A stretch of DNA of 62,728 bases. Origin: Oscillospiraceae bacterium UBA4632 (GTDB lineage Bacteria > Bacillota > Clostridia > Oscillospirales > Oscillospiraceae). Of this stretch, positions 8,819 through 18,270 are shown one piece after another (within the stretch, counting starts at the first letter, position 1; each line of letters begins with the position of its first letter). Under the pieces are notes generated by a model. That model saw only the letters and a list, made by a program, of their open reading frames with translations. It was not told the DNA's origin and made no database searches. The DNA lies in the NCBI GenBank assembly GCA_002405995.1, contig DHMW01000122.1:21791-84518 (forward strand), read 5' to 3'. A program made the translations under genes and the position numbers.

Positions 8819-9287
8819 GATCGTCGTCATGGGCCGTCTGACCCGCGACCCTGAGCTGCGCCGCACTCAGTCCGGCCTTGCCGTGACTTCGTTTTCCGTG
8901 GCCTGCGACCGCGATTTCAAGTCTCAGAGCGGAGAAAAGGAAACGGACTTCATCGACGTCGTTGCGTGGCGCCAGACAGCGGAATTTGTCTGTAAGTATT
9001 TCGCCAAGGGCCGCATGGCCGTGGTGGAGGGCAGGCTTCAGATCCGCGACTGGACGGACAACAACGGAAACAAGCGCCGCAGCGCGGAGATCGTAGCCGA
9101 CAATATCTATTTCGGTGACAGTAAGCGCGACGGTGACGGCGGCGGGTATCAGGGCGGCTATCAGCCGCAAGGCTACGGTGCCGCTCCGGCCAGCAGTTAC
9201 GGCGCGCCCGCTGGCGGCTATCCTGCTTCCGATTATGGCGGCGGCTTTTCGCCCGTGGACGAGGACGACGGAGAGCTTCCGTTCTGA
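8808..9287 (+). CDS. ssb: Single-stranded DNA-binding protein
   Basis: MLNKIVVMGRLTRDPELR...; Gly-rich linker; acidic tail DEDDGELPF. Confidence 0.95.
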   Translation: MLNKIVVMGRLTRDPELRRTQSGLAVTSFSVACDRDFKSQSGEKETDFIDVVAWRQTAEFVCKYFAKGRMAVVEGRLQIRDWTDNNGNKRRSAEIVADNIYFGDSKRDGDGGGYQGGYQPQGYGAAPASSYGAPAGGYPASDYGGGFSPVDEDDGELPF

Positions 9288-9336
9288 TGTGTGACCGCCC
9301 GGCTATCCGGGCGGCCCCACGAGGAGGTGAAACACA

Positions 9337-10071
9337 ATGGCAAATTATCGGAATATCAGCATGGACTTCTGGCAGGACAGCAAGGTTGTAGACGATTTCA
9401 CGCCGGAGGACAGGTACATGTATCTCTACTGCATGACCAATCCTCACACCAATCTGTGCGGCTGCTACGAGATCAGTGTTAAGCAGATGGCCAACGAAAC
9501 GGGCTACAACACGGATTCAGTGCGGCATTTGCTGCGACGGTTGGACAATTCGCATGATGTGCTCCGCTATGACGCCGGAACGAAAGAGCTGCTGATCCTG
9601 AACTGGTGGCGTTACAACTGGACGGCCTCAGATAAGTTGAACAGGCCGCTGCTGAATGAGATCCGCAAGGTCAAATGCGACCGCTTCCGCGAGTACCTGG
9701 CGGCGCGCTACAACGAGCGCGAGAATGTCGCCACTCCCTACGATCCGGCCACAGATGAAAAGCAGGAAATCCCCCGCCATAAGCACGGTGCATATGGCTG
9801 GGTGCGGCTCACGGAGGATGAGTATGCCCGCCTGCTGGATGACCTCGGCGAAGATGAACTCGTACGCTGCATTACATATCTGGACGAATCGGCCCAGTCC
9901 AACGGGAACAAGAACAAGTGGAAGGACTGGAACCTTGTCGTCCGCAAGTGCAGCCGTGAGCGCTGGGGCATCCGAAGCAACGGCAACGGCGGCAGGCCGA
10001 GCGCCAGCGAATCGGCAATGGGCGACCTGCAGCAGCTCCACCAAATGTATGCCAGTGAGGACTACCAATGA
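9337..10071 (+). CDS. Phage replication initiator (replisome organiser-like)
   Basis: N-terminal FWQD..V...TPEDRYMYLYCMTNPHTNLCGCY wHTH-type region; C-terminal VRLTEDEYARL...KWKDW; followed by a loader-like gene. Confidence 0.75.
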   Translation: MANYRNISMDFWQDSKVVDDFTPEDRYMYLYCMTNPHTNLCGCYEISVKQMANETGYNTDSVRHLLRRLDNSHDVLRYDAGTKELLILNWWRYNWTASDKLNRPLLNEIRKVKCDRFREYLAARYNERENVATPYDPATDEKQEIPRHKHGAYGWVRLTEDEYARLLDDLGEDELVRCITYLDESAQSNGNKNKWKDWNLVVRKCSRERWGIRSNGNGGRPSASESAMGDLQQLHQMYASEDYQ

Positions 10072-10625
10072 CGCACAAGGAAATGTCAGAGATTTTCGCC
10101 GTCATGCTGCTCGCTTATCCCAATGCAGAGGTATTCAAGGGCGGCGTCGCCAAACTCGGCCCGACCATCAATCTTTGGGTAACGGCGCTGCCGGAAATCG
10201 ACTACTGGACAGGCTGTCAGGCCGTGATGAAGCTCGTGCGCGAGTGCAAATACCCGCCGACCATCGCGGAGTTCAAGGCAAAAGCGGAAGCTGTCCAGTC
10301 TGAGGTAAAGGCGCAAATAAGCAGCGCATGGAATCGGGTAAGGCTTGAAATAAACGTGTTTGAAAAATCCCCCCAAGAATTCTTTGCCATGCTGCCGGAA
10401 GATTCAGACATACGCCGCGCCATCGAAATGATTGGTGGTCCCGATTGCATTGTCATCAAGGAGGAGCACACGTTCGGAGACGGCCATAAGGAAATGGTCG
10501 AGGAATACAACTACAGCAAATTCGTAGAAGCGTATGAAAAAGTGCTCCGCCAGACCAACGCCCTCGGCGGCGGCCCGCGCAAAGCGGTTGGCGCTGGCGT
10601 GAAGCAGATAGGAGGGAAAACATGA
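10068..10625 (+). CDS. Helicase loader/inhibitor (G39P-like)
   Basis: MTHKEMSEIFAVMLLAYPN...W...L...KYPPTIAE; directly after the initiator. Confidence 0.65.
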   Translation: MTHKEMSEIFAVMLLAYPNAEVFKGGVAKLGPTINLWVTALPEIDYWTGCQAVMKLVRECKYPPTIAEFKAKAEAVQSEVKAQISSAWNRVRLEINVFEKSPQEFFAMLPEDSDIRRAIEMIGGPDCIVIKEEHTFGDGHKEMVEEYNYSKFVEAYEKVLRQTNALGGGPRKAVGAGVKQIGGKT

Positions 10626-11242
10626 ATCGAAAAAGGAACACGAAAGCCCTGTCGGTGCTGCTTGTCTGCCTGTTCGCGGCTTTGACCTGTGTCATCGTTT
10701 TTCGTATCAGCGCTGGCGGGGATGCTCCTGCTCCCGCGCAGCAAGTTACCAGCAAGTTAGATTCGCCCGCTGTATCAATGCCGGAAGCGGTCGTGATTGA
10801 GGAGCAGCCGGAAGTCGAGCAAGTTAATCCCGCGTGGGATAAGCCCGCTCGCGCTGCCCGATATGTCTACATCGACATGACGGACGAGGAGCTTGAGGAG
10901 CTGGCGGAGATTTTATTTCTGGAAGCTGGCAATCAGAGCGCCGAAGGGCAACAGGCCGTAGTCGAGGTGGTGTTCAACCGCGTGCTGCACAGCGGCTTTC
11001 CCAATACCGTGCATGACGTGCTGCATCAGGGCGAAGGGACCGATGTCCCGCAGTTCTCGACGATTTCACTGCTCGGCACGGTGACGCCGACGCAAGCGCA
11101 GTATGACGCCATCAACGAAGCACTGTACGGTGACACGCTCACCGACCCTGACGTGGTGTTCTTCTCCCGCAGCGGGGAAAACGACCGCGTATGGCGCAAA
11201 ATCGGCGATCACGTTTTCTGCCGTGAGTACATCTGGGAGTGA
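10622..11242 (+). CDS. Membrane-anchored SleB/Hydrolase_2-like cell wall hydrolase
   Basis: N-terminal TM; LAEILFLEAGNQSAEGQQAVVEVVFNRV...FPNTVHDVLHQ...QFS...IGDHVF. Confidence 0.8.
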   Translation: MNRKRNTKALSVLLVCLFAALTCVIVFRISAGGDAPAPAQQVTSKLDSPAVSMPEAVVIEEQPEVEQVNPAWDKPARAARYVYIDMTDEELEELAEILFLEAGNQSAEGQQAVVEVVFNRVLHSGFPNTVHDVLHQGEGTDVPQFSTISLLGTVTPTQAQYDAINEALYGDTLTDPDVVFFSRSGENDRVWRKIGDHVFCREYIWE

Positions 11243-11246
11243 GATT

Positions 11247-11429
11247 ATGGCACGAAAGAGATTCAGACGCGCGTGTGCGGTCGTCGCTGCAATCGGATTT
11301 GTGGTCATGATCGGCACGGCCGGCGCCAGCGACCATGACCTTATCCCCATGAGCCGCATCCTGTGGCAAGGCACTGCTGGTCTGGCTATGTTCGCCGGTG
11401 GCCTGTGGCTGGGAGGGTACCTGTCATGA
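11247..11429 (+). CDS. Small membrane protein
   Basis: Two hydrophobic segments; coupled to recU. Confidence 0.5.
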   Translation: MARKRFRRACAVVAAIGFVVMIGTAGASDHDLIPMSRILWQGTAGLAMFAGGLWLGGYLS

Positions 11430-11938
11430 CGGCAAAGAAAGACCCGAAGCGGCAGCTACTCGGCAAAATCGCCAAGGCGCGCGGCGCACAGTTTGAACAG
11501 CGGCTGGACGATTCTTTCGCCTACTATGCGCAGAAGGGATTCGCCATCATTGAAAAGACGCCTGAGCCGATGCATCCCACCAAAAGCCTTGGGAATGGAA
11601 AGTTCATCGCTTTCTACGAAAAGCAGGCGCAGCCGGACTACAAGGGTACAATCAAGGGCGGCCGCACGGTCATGTTCGAGGCGAAGTTCACCGCCGCTGA
11701 CCGCATGGAGCAGAGCCGCGTCCTCCAGACCCAGCAGGACTACATGGAGCGTCATCAGGCGCTCGGCGCAAGGTGCTTTGTGGTTGCCGGATTCAGCTCC
11801 GGCGAGGTCTACCGCGTCCCGTGGGATGTGTGGGCGCGTATGAACGAGCATTTCGGCCGGAAGTATGTGACCGAGGCCGATTTGGAGAAATACCGTGTGC
11901 AGACGGCGTGGAACGGCACGCTGCTTCTGCTCAACTGA
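11426..11938 (+). CDS. recU: RecU-like Holliday junction resolvase
   Basis: RGAQFE...IEKTPEP...PDYKG...FEAK motif. Confidence 0.8.
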   Translation: MTAKKDPKRQLLGKIAKARGAQFEQRLDDSFAYYAQKGFAIIEKTPEPMHPTKSLGNGKFIAFYEKQAQPDYKGTIKGGRTVMFEAKFTAADRMEQSRVLQTQQDYMERHQALGARCFVVAGFSSGEVYRVPWDVWARMNEHFGRKYVTEADLEKYRVQTAWNGTLLLLN

Positions 11939-11957
11939 AAATGGAAGGAGATTTACC

Positions 11958-12650
11958 ATGAGCGAAATTTCTATGTACGAAGCTCAGAAAAAGAAGATGC
12001 AGGGTCTGTGCGACGAGCACGATCTTGTCTATCGCTTTGTGAAGGACAAGTACCCCATCACCTTTTCCATCAAGCCCGTGTCGGGAATGGATGCGCAGAT
12101 TTCGATGCTGGAGAACGTCGAGGAGGTCGGCTATCGCAGCCCTGACGCCGTTATGACGTGGATTTTCAAGGATGGCACGTTTGATACCAAAGTCACCGGC
12201 GGCACTTTCGTCATCAGCGAGACGCTCCGCGCAAAAATCAAGACTGTGCTGGTCAAGATGATTACTTACTGGCAGCAGTATTTCTTCCGTGATGTCATGG
12301 AAAAGGGTGCGCTGCGCACTGGCCTGATGCCGGTTATCGACGAGGACGAAGCCGCTGACGAGGACATTGAGGACGAAGCGGAGGATGCAGACGAGCCGGA
12401 GGACTTCGGCTCAGAGCTTGACGAGGACGACCCCGACATCCAGCAGGCGACCGCCATTGTGCGGGCAGAGAATAAGGCCACGGCAAGCCTGTTGCAACGC
12501 CGTATGAACATCGGCTACGCCAAGGCTGCGCGTATCCTTGATGCGCTGGAGGAACTGGGCGTTATCGGCCCGTACAACGGTTCTGAGCCGCGCGAGGTGC
12601 TGGCCGCCGACGAGCCTGACGACATCGAGGAGGGTGCAGACAATGAGTAA
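11958..12650 (+). CDS. Protein with C-terminal FtsK-gamma winged-helix domain
   Basis: ATASLLQRRMNIGYAKAARILDALEELGVIGPYNGSEPREVL after an acidic linker; no ATPase domain. Confidence 0.8.
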   Translation: MSEISMYEAQKKKMQGLCDEHDLVYRFVKDKYPITFSIKPVSGMDAQISMLENVEEVGYRSPDAVMTWIFKDGTFDTKVTGGTFVISETLRAKIKTVLVKMITYWQQYFFRDVMEKGALRTGLMPVIDEDEAADEDIEDEAEDADEPEDFGSELDEDDPDIQQATAIVRAENKATASLLQRRMNIGYAKAARILDALEELGVIGPYNGSEPREVLAADEPDDIEEGADNE

Positions 12651-12828
12651 CACCGATCAGATGCCCGTCCTCTCCCGCTCCGACTACAAGGCCATCAAGC
12701 ACATGGACAAGGACCGGCTGACCGCCTATCTGTACCGTGTGTATATGCGCGGCGTGGAGCGCGGCCGTGAGCTGGCCGCGGGTGAATCCAAGGTCGAAAG
12801 CACTCCGGCCGCGGACACGGAGGGTTAA
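12643..12828 (+). CDS. Hypothetical phage protein
   Basis: SD GGAGGG; LSRSDYKAIKHMDK. Confidence 0.55.
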   Translation: MSNTDQMPVLSRSDYKAIKHMDKDRLTAYLYRVYMRGVERGRELAAGESKVESTPAADTEG

Positions 12829-12834
12829 GCCATA

Positions 12835-12957
12835 ATGGGCTTCCTGTTCCGGAACGCGGCAGAGCAGGTACCGGCAGAGCCGCCGGTGCCTGCCGCGCCG
12901 CCGGAACAGGCTAAACCGCTGGCGGAAACGAAAACCGGCCAGCTCACATTTTTTTGA
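12835..12957 (+). CDS. 40-aa micro-ORF ending in QLTFF (possible gene remnant)
   Basis: Below the ORF-track cut-off; GGAGGG upstream; MGFLFRNAAEQVPAEPPVPAAPPEQAKPLAETKTGQLTFF. Confidence 0.4.
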   Translation: MGFLFRNAAEQVPAEPPVPAAPPEQAKPLAETKTGQLTFF

Positions 12958-13007
12958 AATACGGGGAACTGCCGCCCCACATCGGCAGAGCATGAAAGGA
13001 GCAATTC

Positions 13008-14378
13008 ATGGCAGAAATCAAGAATATTCCGGTCAGAAAGTTATGGCCGCATCCCGACAACCCGCGCAAAGACGTGGGCGACGTGACCGAGCTGGCTGAG
13101 AGCATCAAAGTCAATGGCGTACTCCAAAACCTCACCGTTGTTCCGCTGATTGGGAAAATCTCAGGCACGTGGGACGGAGAAAGCTATCGCGTCATCATCG
13201 GCCATCGCCGCCTTGCAGCCGCGAAGCTGGCCGGTCTGGAGGAGCTTCCCTGCGTCGTGGTCGAGATGACGGAGCGGGAGCAACTGAGTACCATGCTCAC
13301 GGAGAATATGCAGCGCTCTGATCTGACCGTCTACGAGCAGGCACAGGGCTTTCAGATGATGCTTGACTTGGGCGATACGGTCAAGGATATTGCGCAAAAC
13401 TACGGCTTTTCCACTACTACCGTCCGGAGCCGCGTAAAACTCTTGGAGCTGGACAAAGACAAATTCAAAAAGTCCGAGGAACGCGGCGTCAGCCTGTATG
13501 ACTATATGGAGCTGGACAAGCTGAAAAGCCCGAAACGTAAGAATGAAATGCTCGACTACATCGGCACAGAGAATTTCAAGTACAAGTTGAAACAGGCCAT
13601 TGATGCCGAGGCTGCGGAAGAACGCAAGGCTGCGTGGGTGGAGCAGTTAAGCGCCTTTGCGACGCAGATCACCGACAGGACCGGCTACAAGTTCGTCAGG
13701 AGCTTCTATGTCAGCAACGAGGTCAAGGTGGATCGCCCGGAGGACGCTGATACCGTCGAGTATTTCTTCCTCGTCGAAATGTACTATATCACGCTGATGG
13801 TCAAGGATGGACCAGCCGTCCTCACCCCGGAGGAGGAAGCCAAAAAGCGTGAGGAGCAGATAAAGCAGGAGCGCAAGAATGCGGCTGAACAGGCACTGGC
13901 CGAAGCCACTGCCCGCGCCTATGAGCTTCGCGCCGACTTTGTAGCTACCGTTTCTGCGACCGCTATCAAAAAGCACCTTGCGGACGTTGTGGCGCTGTGG
14001 GCTTACGCCGAATACTGGGACGACACCGGCTGGCTCACCGAAGATGAGATTGCACGGGCTACCGGTGCTGAGCCTCTTGCCGAGGAGGACGATGATAACG
14101 GCGAGGACGATGCCGAATTTACGCTTCAGGCCGTGACCGATGCAATCAGCAAGACGCCTGAAAAGGCGCTGCTGCGAATGGTCTATGCGCGGGTGGGTGA
14201 CCGCAAATCCGAGGGCTATTTCTGTAGCTACTGGAACAGCTACACTATGCGTCACCAGGAAAATGAGCATCTGGACCGCATCTATGCGCTGCTCGTCAAG
14301 TTGGGCTATGAGATGTCCGACGACGAAAAGGCGCTCCAGGACGGCACGCATGAGCTGTTTGGCAAGGAGGCTGAATGA
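13008..14378 (+). CDS. ParB/Spo0J-family protein
   Basis: PHPDNPRK...ELAESIK.NGVLQNL...IIGHRRLAAAK...ENMQRSDL followed by an HTH. Confidence 0.9.
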   Translation: MAEIKNIPVRKLWPHPDNPRKDVGDVTELAESIKVNGVLQNLTVVPLIGKISGTWDGESYRVIIGHRRLAAAKLAGLEELPCVVVEMTEREQLSTMLTENMQRSDLTVYEQAQGFQMMLDLGDTVKDIAQNYGFSTTTVRSRVKLLELDKDKFKKSEERGVSLYDYMELDKLKSPKRKNEMLDYIGTENFKYKLKQAIDAEAAEERKAAWVEQLSAFATQITDRTGYKFVRSFYVSNEVKVDRPEDADTVEYFFLVEMYYITLMVKDGPAVLTPEEEAKKREEQIKQERKNAAEQALAEATARAYELRADFVATVSATAIKKHLADVVALWAYAEYWDDTGWLTEDEIARATGAEPLAEEDDDNGEDDAEFTLQAVTDAISKTPEKALLRMVYARVGDRKSEGYFCSYWNSYTMRHQENEHLDRIYALLVKLGYEMSDDEKALQDGTHELFGKEAE

Positions 14379-14632
14379 TGATGAGATCGACCACCTGTAA
14401 GGGCTGCGGCGCAGCTATCGTCTGGATCGGGACGCCCAACGGGAAAGCCATGCCGTGTGACGCCGCCCCCCGCTACTACATCGAAAAGCCCCGCTCCGGC
14501 AGCAAGAAGATCGTGACGCCGAACGGCGAGGTTATCTCCTGTGAGTATACCGAAGATTCGCACAAGGCCACCGGCACCGGTTTTGCTCCCCATTGGGGGA
14601 GCTGCCGGGCGGCGGGCGCTTTCAGAAAGTGA
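14375..14632 (+). CDS. Hypothetical Zn-binding phage protein
   Basis: CKGCGAAIVW...GKAMPCD...PHWGSC. Confidence 0.6.
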   Translation: MMMRSTTCKGCGAAIVWIGTPNGKAMPCDAAPRYYIEKPRSGSKKIVTPNGEVISCEYTEDSHKATGTGFAPHWGSCRAAGAFRK

Positions 14633-14642
14633 GGGCGGGCCG

Positions 14643-14936
14643 ATGTATATTCTGACCAGCGATGGCAAGAGCATTGTTGATTCGAGCTTTGTCGAACGCT
14701 TCTGCATTGTTGAAAAGCCGGACGCCTGTCTGGTCGTTGCAAGCTATTCTGCGGATCGCGCCATCACGATTGGGAGATACGCAGACCGGAAGGAAGCGGA
14801 CTCTGCATTTAGCAGCCTGCTCAGCAATCTTGTCGGAAACAGCGATACATACGCATTCACGATGCCGGACAGCGTTCTCTATCACGGGGAGACGTGGAAA
14901 CGGGACGCGCGCACGACGCGCAAAGGAGGAAGCTAA
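14643..14936 (+). CDS. Hypothetical phage protein
   Basis: ATG 14643; coupled by TAATG to the next gene. Confidence 0.55.
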   Translation: MYILTSDGKSIVDSSFVERFCIVEKPDACLVVASYSADRAITIGRYADRKEADSAFSSLLSNLVGNSDTYAFTMPDSVLYHGETWKRDARTTRKGGS

Positions 14937-15346
14937 TGGATAGATTGATTTGGTACGATTCCGATGGGCGCATCAACTGTCGCCGTGGGTATGAAGTCGC
15001 CCTTGCGCGGTTGGCCTCCTACGAGGCGACCGGCATGATGCCGGACGAAATTGTAAAAATGGGCATGGCCTATGAGGACAGTAAGCGATACTCCGGTCGG
15101 CTCGAATTGAAGCTGAATGCTGCGGCGAAGCAGACGGACAGATGGGTGTCTGTAAAAGAGAGACTACCGGAAGATCGTAGCAATGTCCTTGTCGTTGCCT
15201 ATTGGCATGAGCGATGGGGCGTGTATATGGGCTGGTGCGCTCCTGAAAGGGCGGAATGGAGTGTCCATGTCGGCATCGGGGATAGAGACGATGTCGCAGT
15301 TACCCACTGGATGCCCCTGCCTGAGCCGCCGGAGGTGGAAACATGA
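14936..15346 (+). CDS. DUF551-like protein
   Basis: WVSVKERLPE...VTHWMPLPEPP. Confidence 0.7.
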   Translation: MDRLIWYDSDGRINCRRGYEVALARLASYEATGMMPDEIVKMGMAYEDSKRYSGRLELKLNAAAKQTDRWVSVKERLPEDRSNVLVVAYWHERWGVYMGWCAPERAEWSVHVGIGDRDDVAVTHWMPLPEPPEVET

Positions 15347-15780
15347 ACGCGGATGTGATGTTTTCGTCTAAAAAGGATACGTGGTCAACACCACAAGACT
15401 TTTTCGACGCGTTGAATGCAGAATTTGGGTTTACGTGTGATGTATGTGCGCTCCCAGAGAATGCAAAGTGTGAGAAGTATTTCACGCCGGAGCAGGACGG
15501 GCTCGCGCAGGAGTGGAGCGGCGTGTGTTGGTGCAATCCTCCTTACGGGCGGCAGATTGGCAGGTGGGTGCAAAAGGCTGCACAGAGCGAATGCACAGTT
15601 GTGATGCTACTACCCGCACGAACAGATACGGGGTGGTTCCATGATTGGATTTACGGTAAGACCGAAGTGCGTTTTTTGCGCGGGCGGTTAAAATTCAGTG
15701 AATACGGAAATGCCGCACCATTCCCAAACATGGTTGTCGTATTTAGGAACGCAGGAAAACAGGAGGGCGCAAATGGATAA
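15343..15780 (+). CDS. Phage DNA N6-adenine methyltransferase (Dam-like)
   Basis: W.TPQDFF..L..EF.F..DVCA, DGL.Q.W, catalytic WCNPPY, LLPARTDT.WF, GRLKF. Confidence 0.88.
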   Translation: MNADVMFSSKKDTWSTPQDFFDALNAEFGFTCDVCALPENAKCEKYFTPEQDGLAQEWSGVCWCNPPYGRQIGRWVQKAAQSECTVVMLLPARTDTGWFHDWIYGKTEVRFLRGRLKFSEYGNAAPFPNMVVVFRNAGKQEGANG

Positions 15781-16384
15781 AAGTGTGCTTATTAGCATTC
15801 GTCCGGAATGGTGCGAGTTAATCGCTTCCGGCGAAAAGACCATCGAGGTACGCAAGACGCGACCGAAGCTGGACGTGCCGTTTAAGTGCTATATCTACTG
15901 CGCAAATATAAGGCCATTCCTTGTGTGGGGAGATATTTTCCGTGGTGATTGGTTCACAGAATTTACCCGGATTTCAGGGTATAGCAGAGCAGAAGCGGAC
16001 AAAATCTGGGATGTTTTCAATGGGCATATTGCTGGCGAGTTTACCTGCGACCGGATTTATGAAATTCAGAAACGAGGAATCCCCGAAAATTTTGATTATT
16101 GCTATCTATCACTTAACGAATGGGGCAGTGACGATATTGCAGCCGAAATCAACGCCATATCCGCATCATGTGTATCAAAAGGGGAGCTCAACGCGTATGG
16201 AGCCAGAACACCGGTTCTGTACGGCTGGCATATCTCCAATCTGCGCATCTACGATACGCCGCGTGATCTGGGTGAGTTTATTGGCTTACGGACAATGAAA
16301 AACGGTTTTGAGCTACGAGAACTCGACAGACCACCGCAGAGTTGGTGTTACGTGGCAGAAATGCCGGAGGGCGCAAATGAATGA
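15773..16384 (+). CDS. ASCH/PUA-like domain protein
   Basis: VLISIRPEWCELIASGEKTIEVRK...YGWHISNL...RPPQSWCYV. Confidence 0.7.
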   Translation: MDKSVLISIRPEWCELIASGEKTIEVRKTRPKLDVPFKCYIYCANIRPFLVWGDIFRGDWFTEFTRISGYSRAEADKIWDVFNGHIAGEFTCDRIYEIQKRGIPENFDYCYLSLNEWGSDDIAAEINAISASCVSKGELNAYGARTPVLYGWHISNLRIYDTPRDLGEFIGLRTMKNGFELRELDRPPQSWCYVAEMPEGANE

Positions 16385-16826
16385 ATCTAATCTGAAAAAC
16401 CTCGAACAGTTTCTCGGAACTCCAATCAGCCCACAGGCCCTCGAAGAAGTAAAAAAGGCCGTTGCCCGCGAAATTGGCGTGCCTGAATGCGAGTTGGTCT
16501 GCGAGGTTGACGATCGGGGCATAGTTACTGTTTTGCGGAAAACCAACGAGGCAGAGGAGCTGCCTGCATATATTGACAGTTCCAGCTACGACTTCATACA
16601 GGATTCGGTTTATGAGGAATTGGCGGAAAATTTCAGGGCGTTGCCGGAATCACCGCGATATTCCCCCAATTTTGTGAGCGCGCCGGTTGTTAAGCCGAAT
16701 CGCATCACCGGTGAGGGGCGCTTCCATAAGCGTGGCCGCGACAAGGTTGGCCGTAATCTCAAAGAGAAAAAACGCATAGCGCGGAAGCAAAAGAAGCTGG
16801 GCCGACGCCGGAACAGGAGGACGTGA
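16377..16826 (+). CDS. Hypothetical protein with very basic C-terminus
   Basis: SD GGAGGG; acidic middle, K/R-rich tail. Confidence 0.55.
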   Translation: MNESNLKNLEQFLGTPISPQALEEVKKAVAREIGVPECELVCEVDDRGIVTVLRKTNEAEELPAYIDSSSYDFIQDSVYEELAENFRALPESPRYSPNFVSAPVVKPNRITGEGRFHKRGRDKVGRNLKEKKRIARKQKKLGRRRNRRT

Positions 16827-16830
16827 TGCC

Positions 16831-17022
16831 GTGAGCAATGATGTCTATAACGGCCGGTATTGCTCCGCTTTCTACTGTGACCGGCATCGGGAGCGGCGCT
16901 GCTGCGCTGACTGCTGGCATAAAAAGCATCACAAGTGCAATAATCCGTGCATGAACGACCCAAGCCGGTGCGGGCTGGAATGCCCGCCGCCGCGGAAATA
17001 CAAGTACGCAAAGGAGGACTGA
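16831..17022 (+). CDS. Small Cys-rich hypothetical protein
   Basis: CSAFYCD...CCADC...CNNPCMNDPSRCG. Confidence 0.55.
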   Translation: MSNDVYNGRYCSAFYCDRHRERRCCADCWHKKHHKCNNPCMNDPSRCGLECPPPRKYKYAKED

Positions 17023-17025
17023 TGT

Positions 17026-17388
17026 GTGCAGAGAATCATTTGCAATAAATGCGGCGCAGAGTTTTCGGTGGGGCGCTCTGACATCCTGAAGCTGGCTGAC
17101 GGTGAAATAGAAGTCCAGTATTTCACCTGTCCGAAGTGCTCATGGCGGTATCAAGTCCTCACGACCGACACCGAATTCCGAGAGCTGATTGAGCGCCGCA
17201 AAAAGGTAACAGAGGAAATCAGGATGGCACATGCGAAAAAGTTCCGTGAGAAAGTCATCCGTGGTTATGAACAAAAGCTGGCCGATATTGAATCTCTGCA
17301 AAAGCAGGCGCGTCAAAGGCTAAAGCGACGCGGAGAGGAACTGCTCGGCAACAGCGACCGCAAGGAGGAAACCGATGGGACACTATGA
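17026..17388 (+). CDS. Zn-ribbon hypothetical protein
   Basis: CNKC...YFTCPKC plus coiled coil; SD AAGGAGG. Confidence 0.6.
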   Translation: MQRIICNKCGAEFSVGRSDILKLADGEIEVQYFTCPKCSWRYQVLTTDTEFRELIERRKKVTEEIRMAHAKKFREKVIRGYEQKLADIESLQKQARQRLKRRGEELLGNSDRKEETDGTL

Positions 17389-18064
17389 AAACCTGATCGC
17401 CTATATCGACGAGCTTAATGCCGATGGGCGCATTCAGTACGAGGATTACAGCAAACTCTTTGACCTTGCCAGTGAGCTGTACGGGCTCGAAGAAGTTTTT
17501 GATGCTATTCACACCGACATTGCCGCGCTGCTCTGGCTGAACGGGAATTGTGAGTATTGCAGACATGGGCTCAAGGAGGAATTCAGCGGTGCAAACCGCT
17601 GGACCTGTGCGCTCGGCTCCGGCGTGGACTGCCGCCCAGAGTGGCGCGGCGCAACGCTTCCCGACAATGCCAACGTCAAAGCGCCTGAGCCGGTGCAGAT
17701 GGCCCCGAAGCATGAAGTCACCGCCCCGCAGGCCGGTGTCGACGTCAGCGCACCCACAGTGAACCCCCGTAAGACCTACAAGCCGGTCGTATACAAGGGA
17801 TTCCTGTTCATCAGGTGCCATGGCTGCGGGAGGATTCACGGCTTCTGCGCAAAGACGCCCATTTCCAATTACCGCTGCGTCGACTGCGGGTGCTTGACGC
17901 CGCTGAATGACATCGTGCCGATGTATGTTCGCTGCAAGTGTGGGCAGCGCTTCCGCTATCAGACAAATCTTACGGACGACTGCTTTACATACACCTGCTT
18001 CATCTGCGGTGCGCCGGTCGATATGACCTACAACAAAAAGGGCCGCAAATATCAGACGGTGTGA
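17375..18064 (+). CDS. Multi-Cys hypothetical protein
   Basis: Several CxxC pairs (YKGFLFIRCHGCG, CVDCG, CKCG, CFICG). Confidence 0.6.
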   Translation: MGHYENLIAYIDELNADGRIQYEDYSKLFDLASELYGLEEVFDAIHTDIAALLWLNGNCEYCRHGLKEEFSGANRWTCALGSGVDCRPEWRGATLPDNANVKAPEPVQMAPKHEVTAPQAGVDVSAPTVNPRKTYKPVVYKGFLFIRCHGCGRIHGFCAKTPISNYRCVDCGCLTPLNDIVPMYVRCKCGQRFRYQTNLTDDCFTYTCFICGAPVDMTYNKKGRKYQTV

Positions 18065-18066
18065 CC

Positions 18067-18249
18067 ATGCTTATTATCACAGTTCATGTGAATGCTCCGC
18101 CCGGACAGGCCATCGGCATCAAGGAGCAGATCGCGCAGGATTTGGAGCGCTTCGGAGATACCCGCGTTGTATCGGTAGAGGTCGTGCAGCCGACATACCG
18201 GCAAATGCGGATTGGAGAAACCGGCGCGCAGAAGTCCAGCAAAAAGTAA
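18067..18249 (+). CDS. Hypothetical phage protein
   Basis: MLIITVHVNAPPGQAIGIKEQIAQDLE. Confidence 0.55.
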   Translation: MLIITVHVNAPPGQAIGIKEQIAQDLERFGDTRVVSVEVVQPTYRQMRIGETGAQKSSKK

Positions 18250-18270
18250 TGACAATATGGGGGTGAGCCA

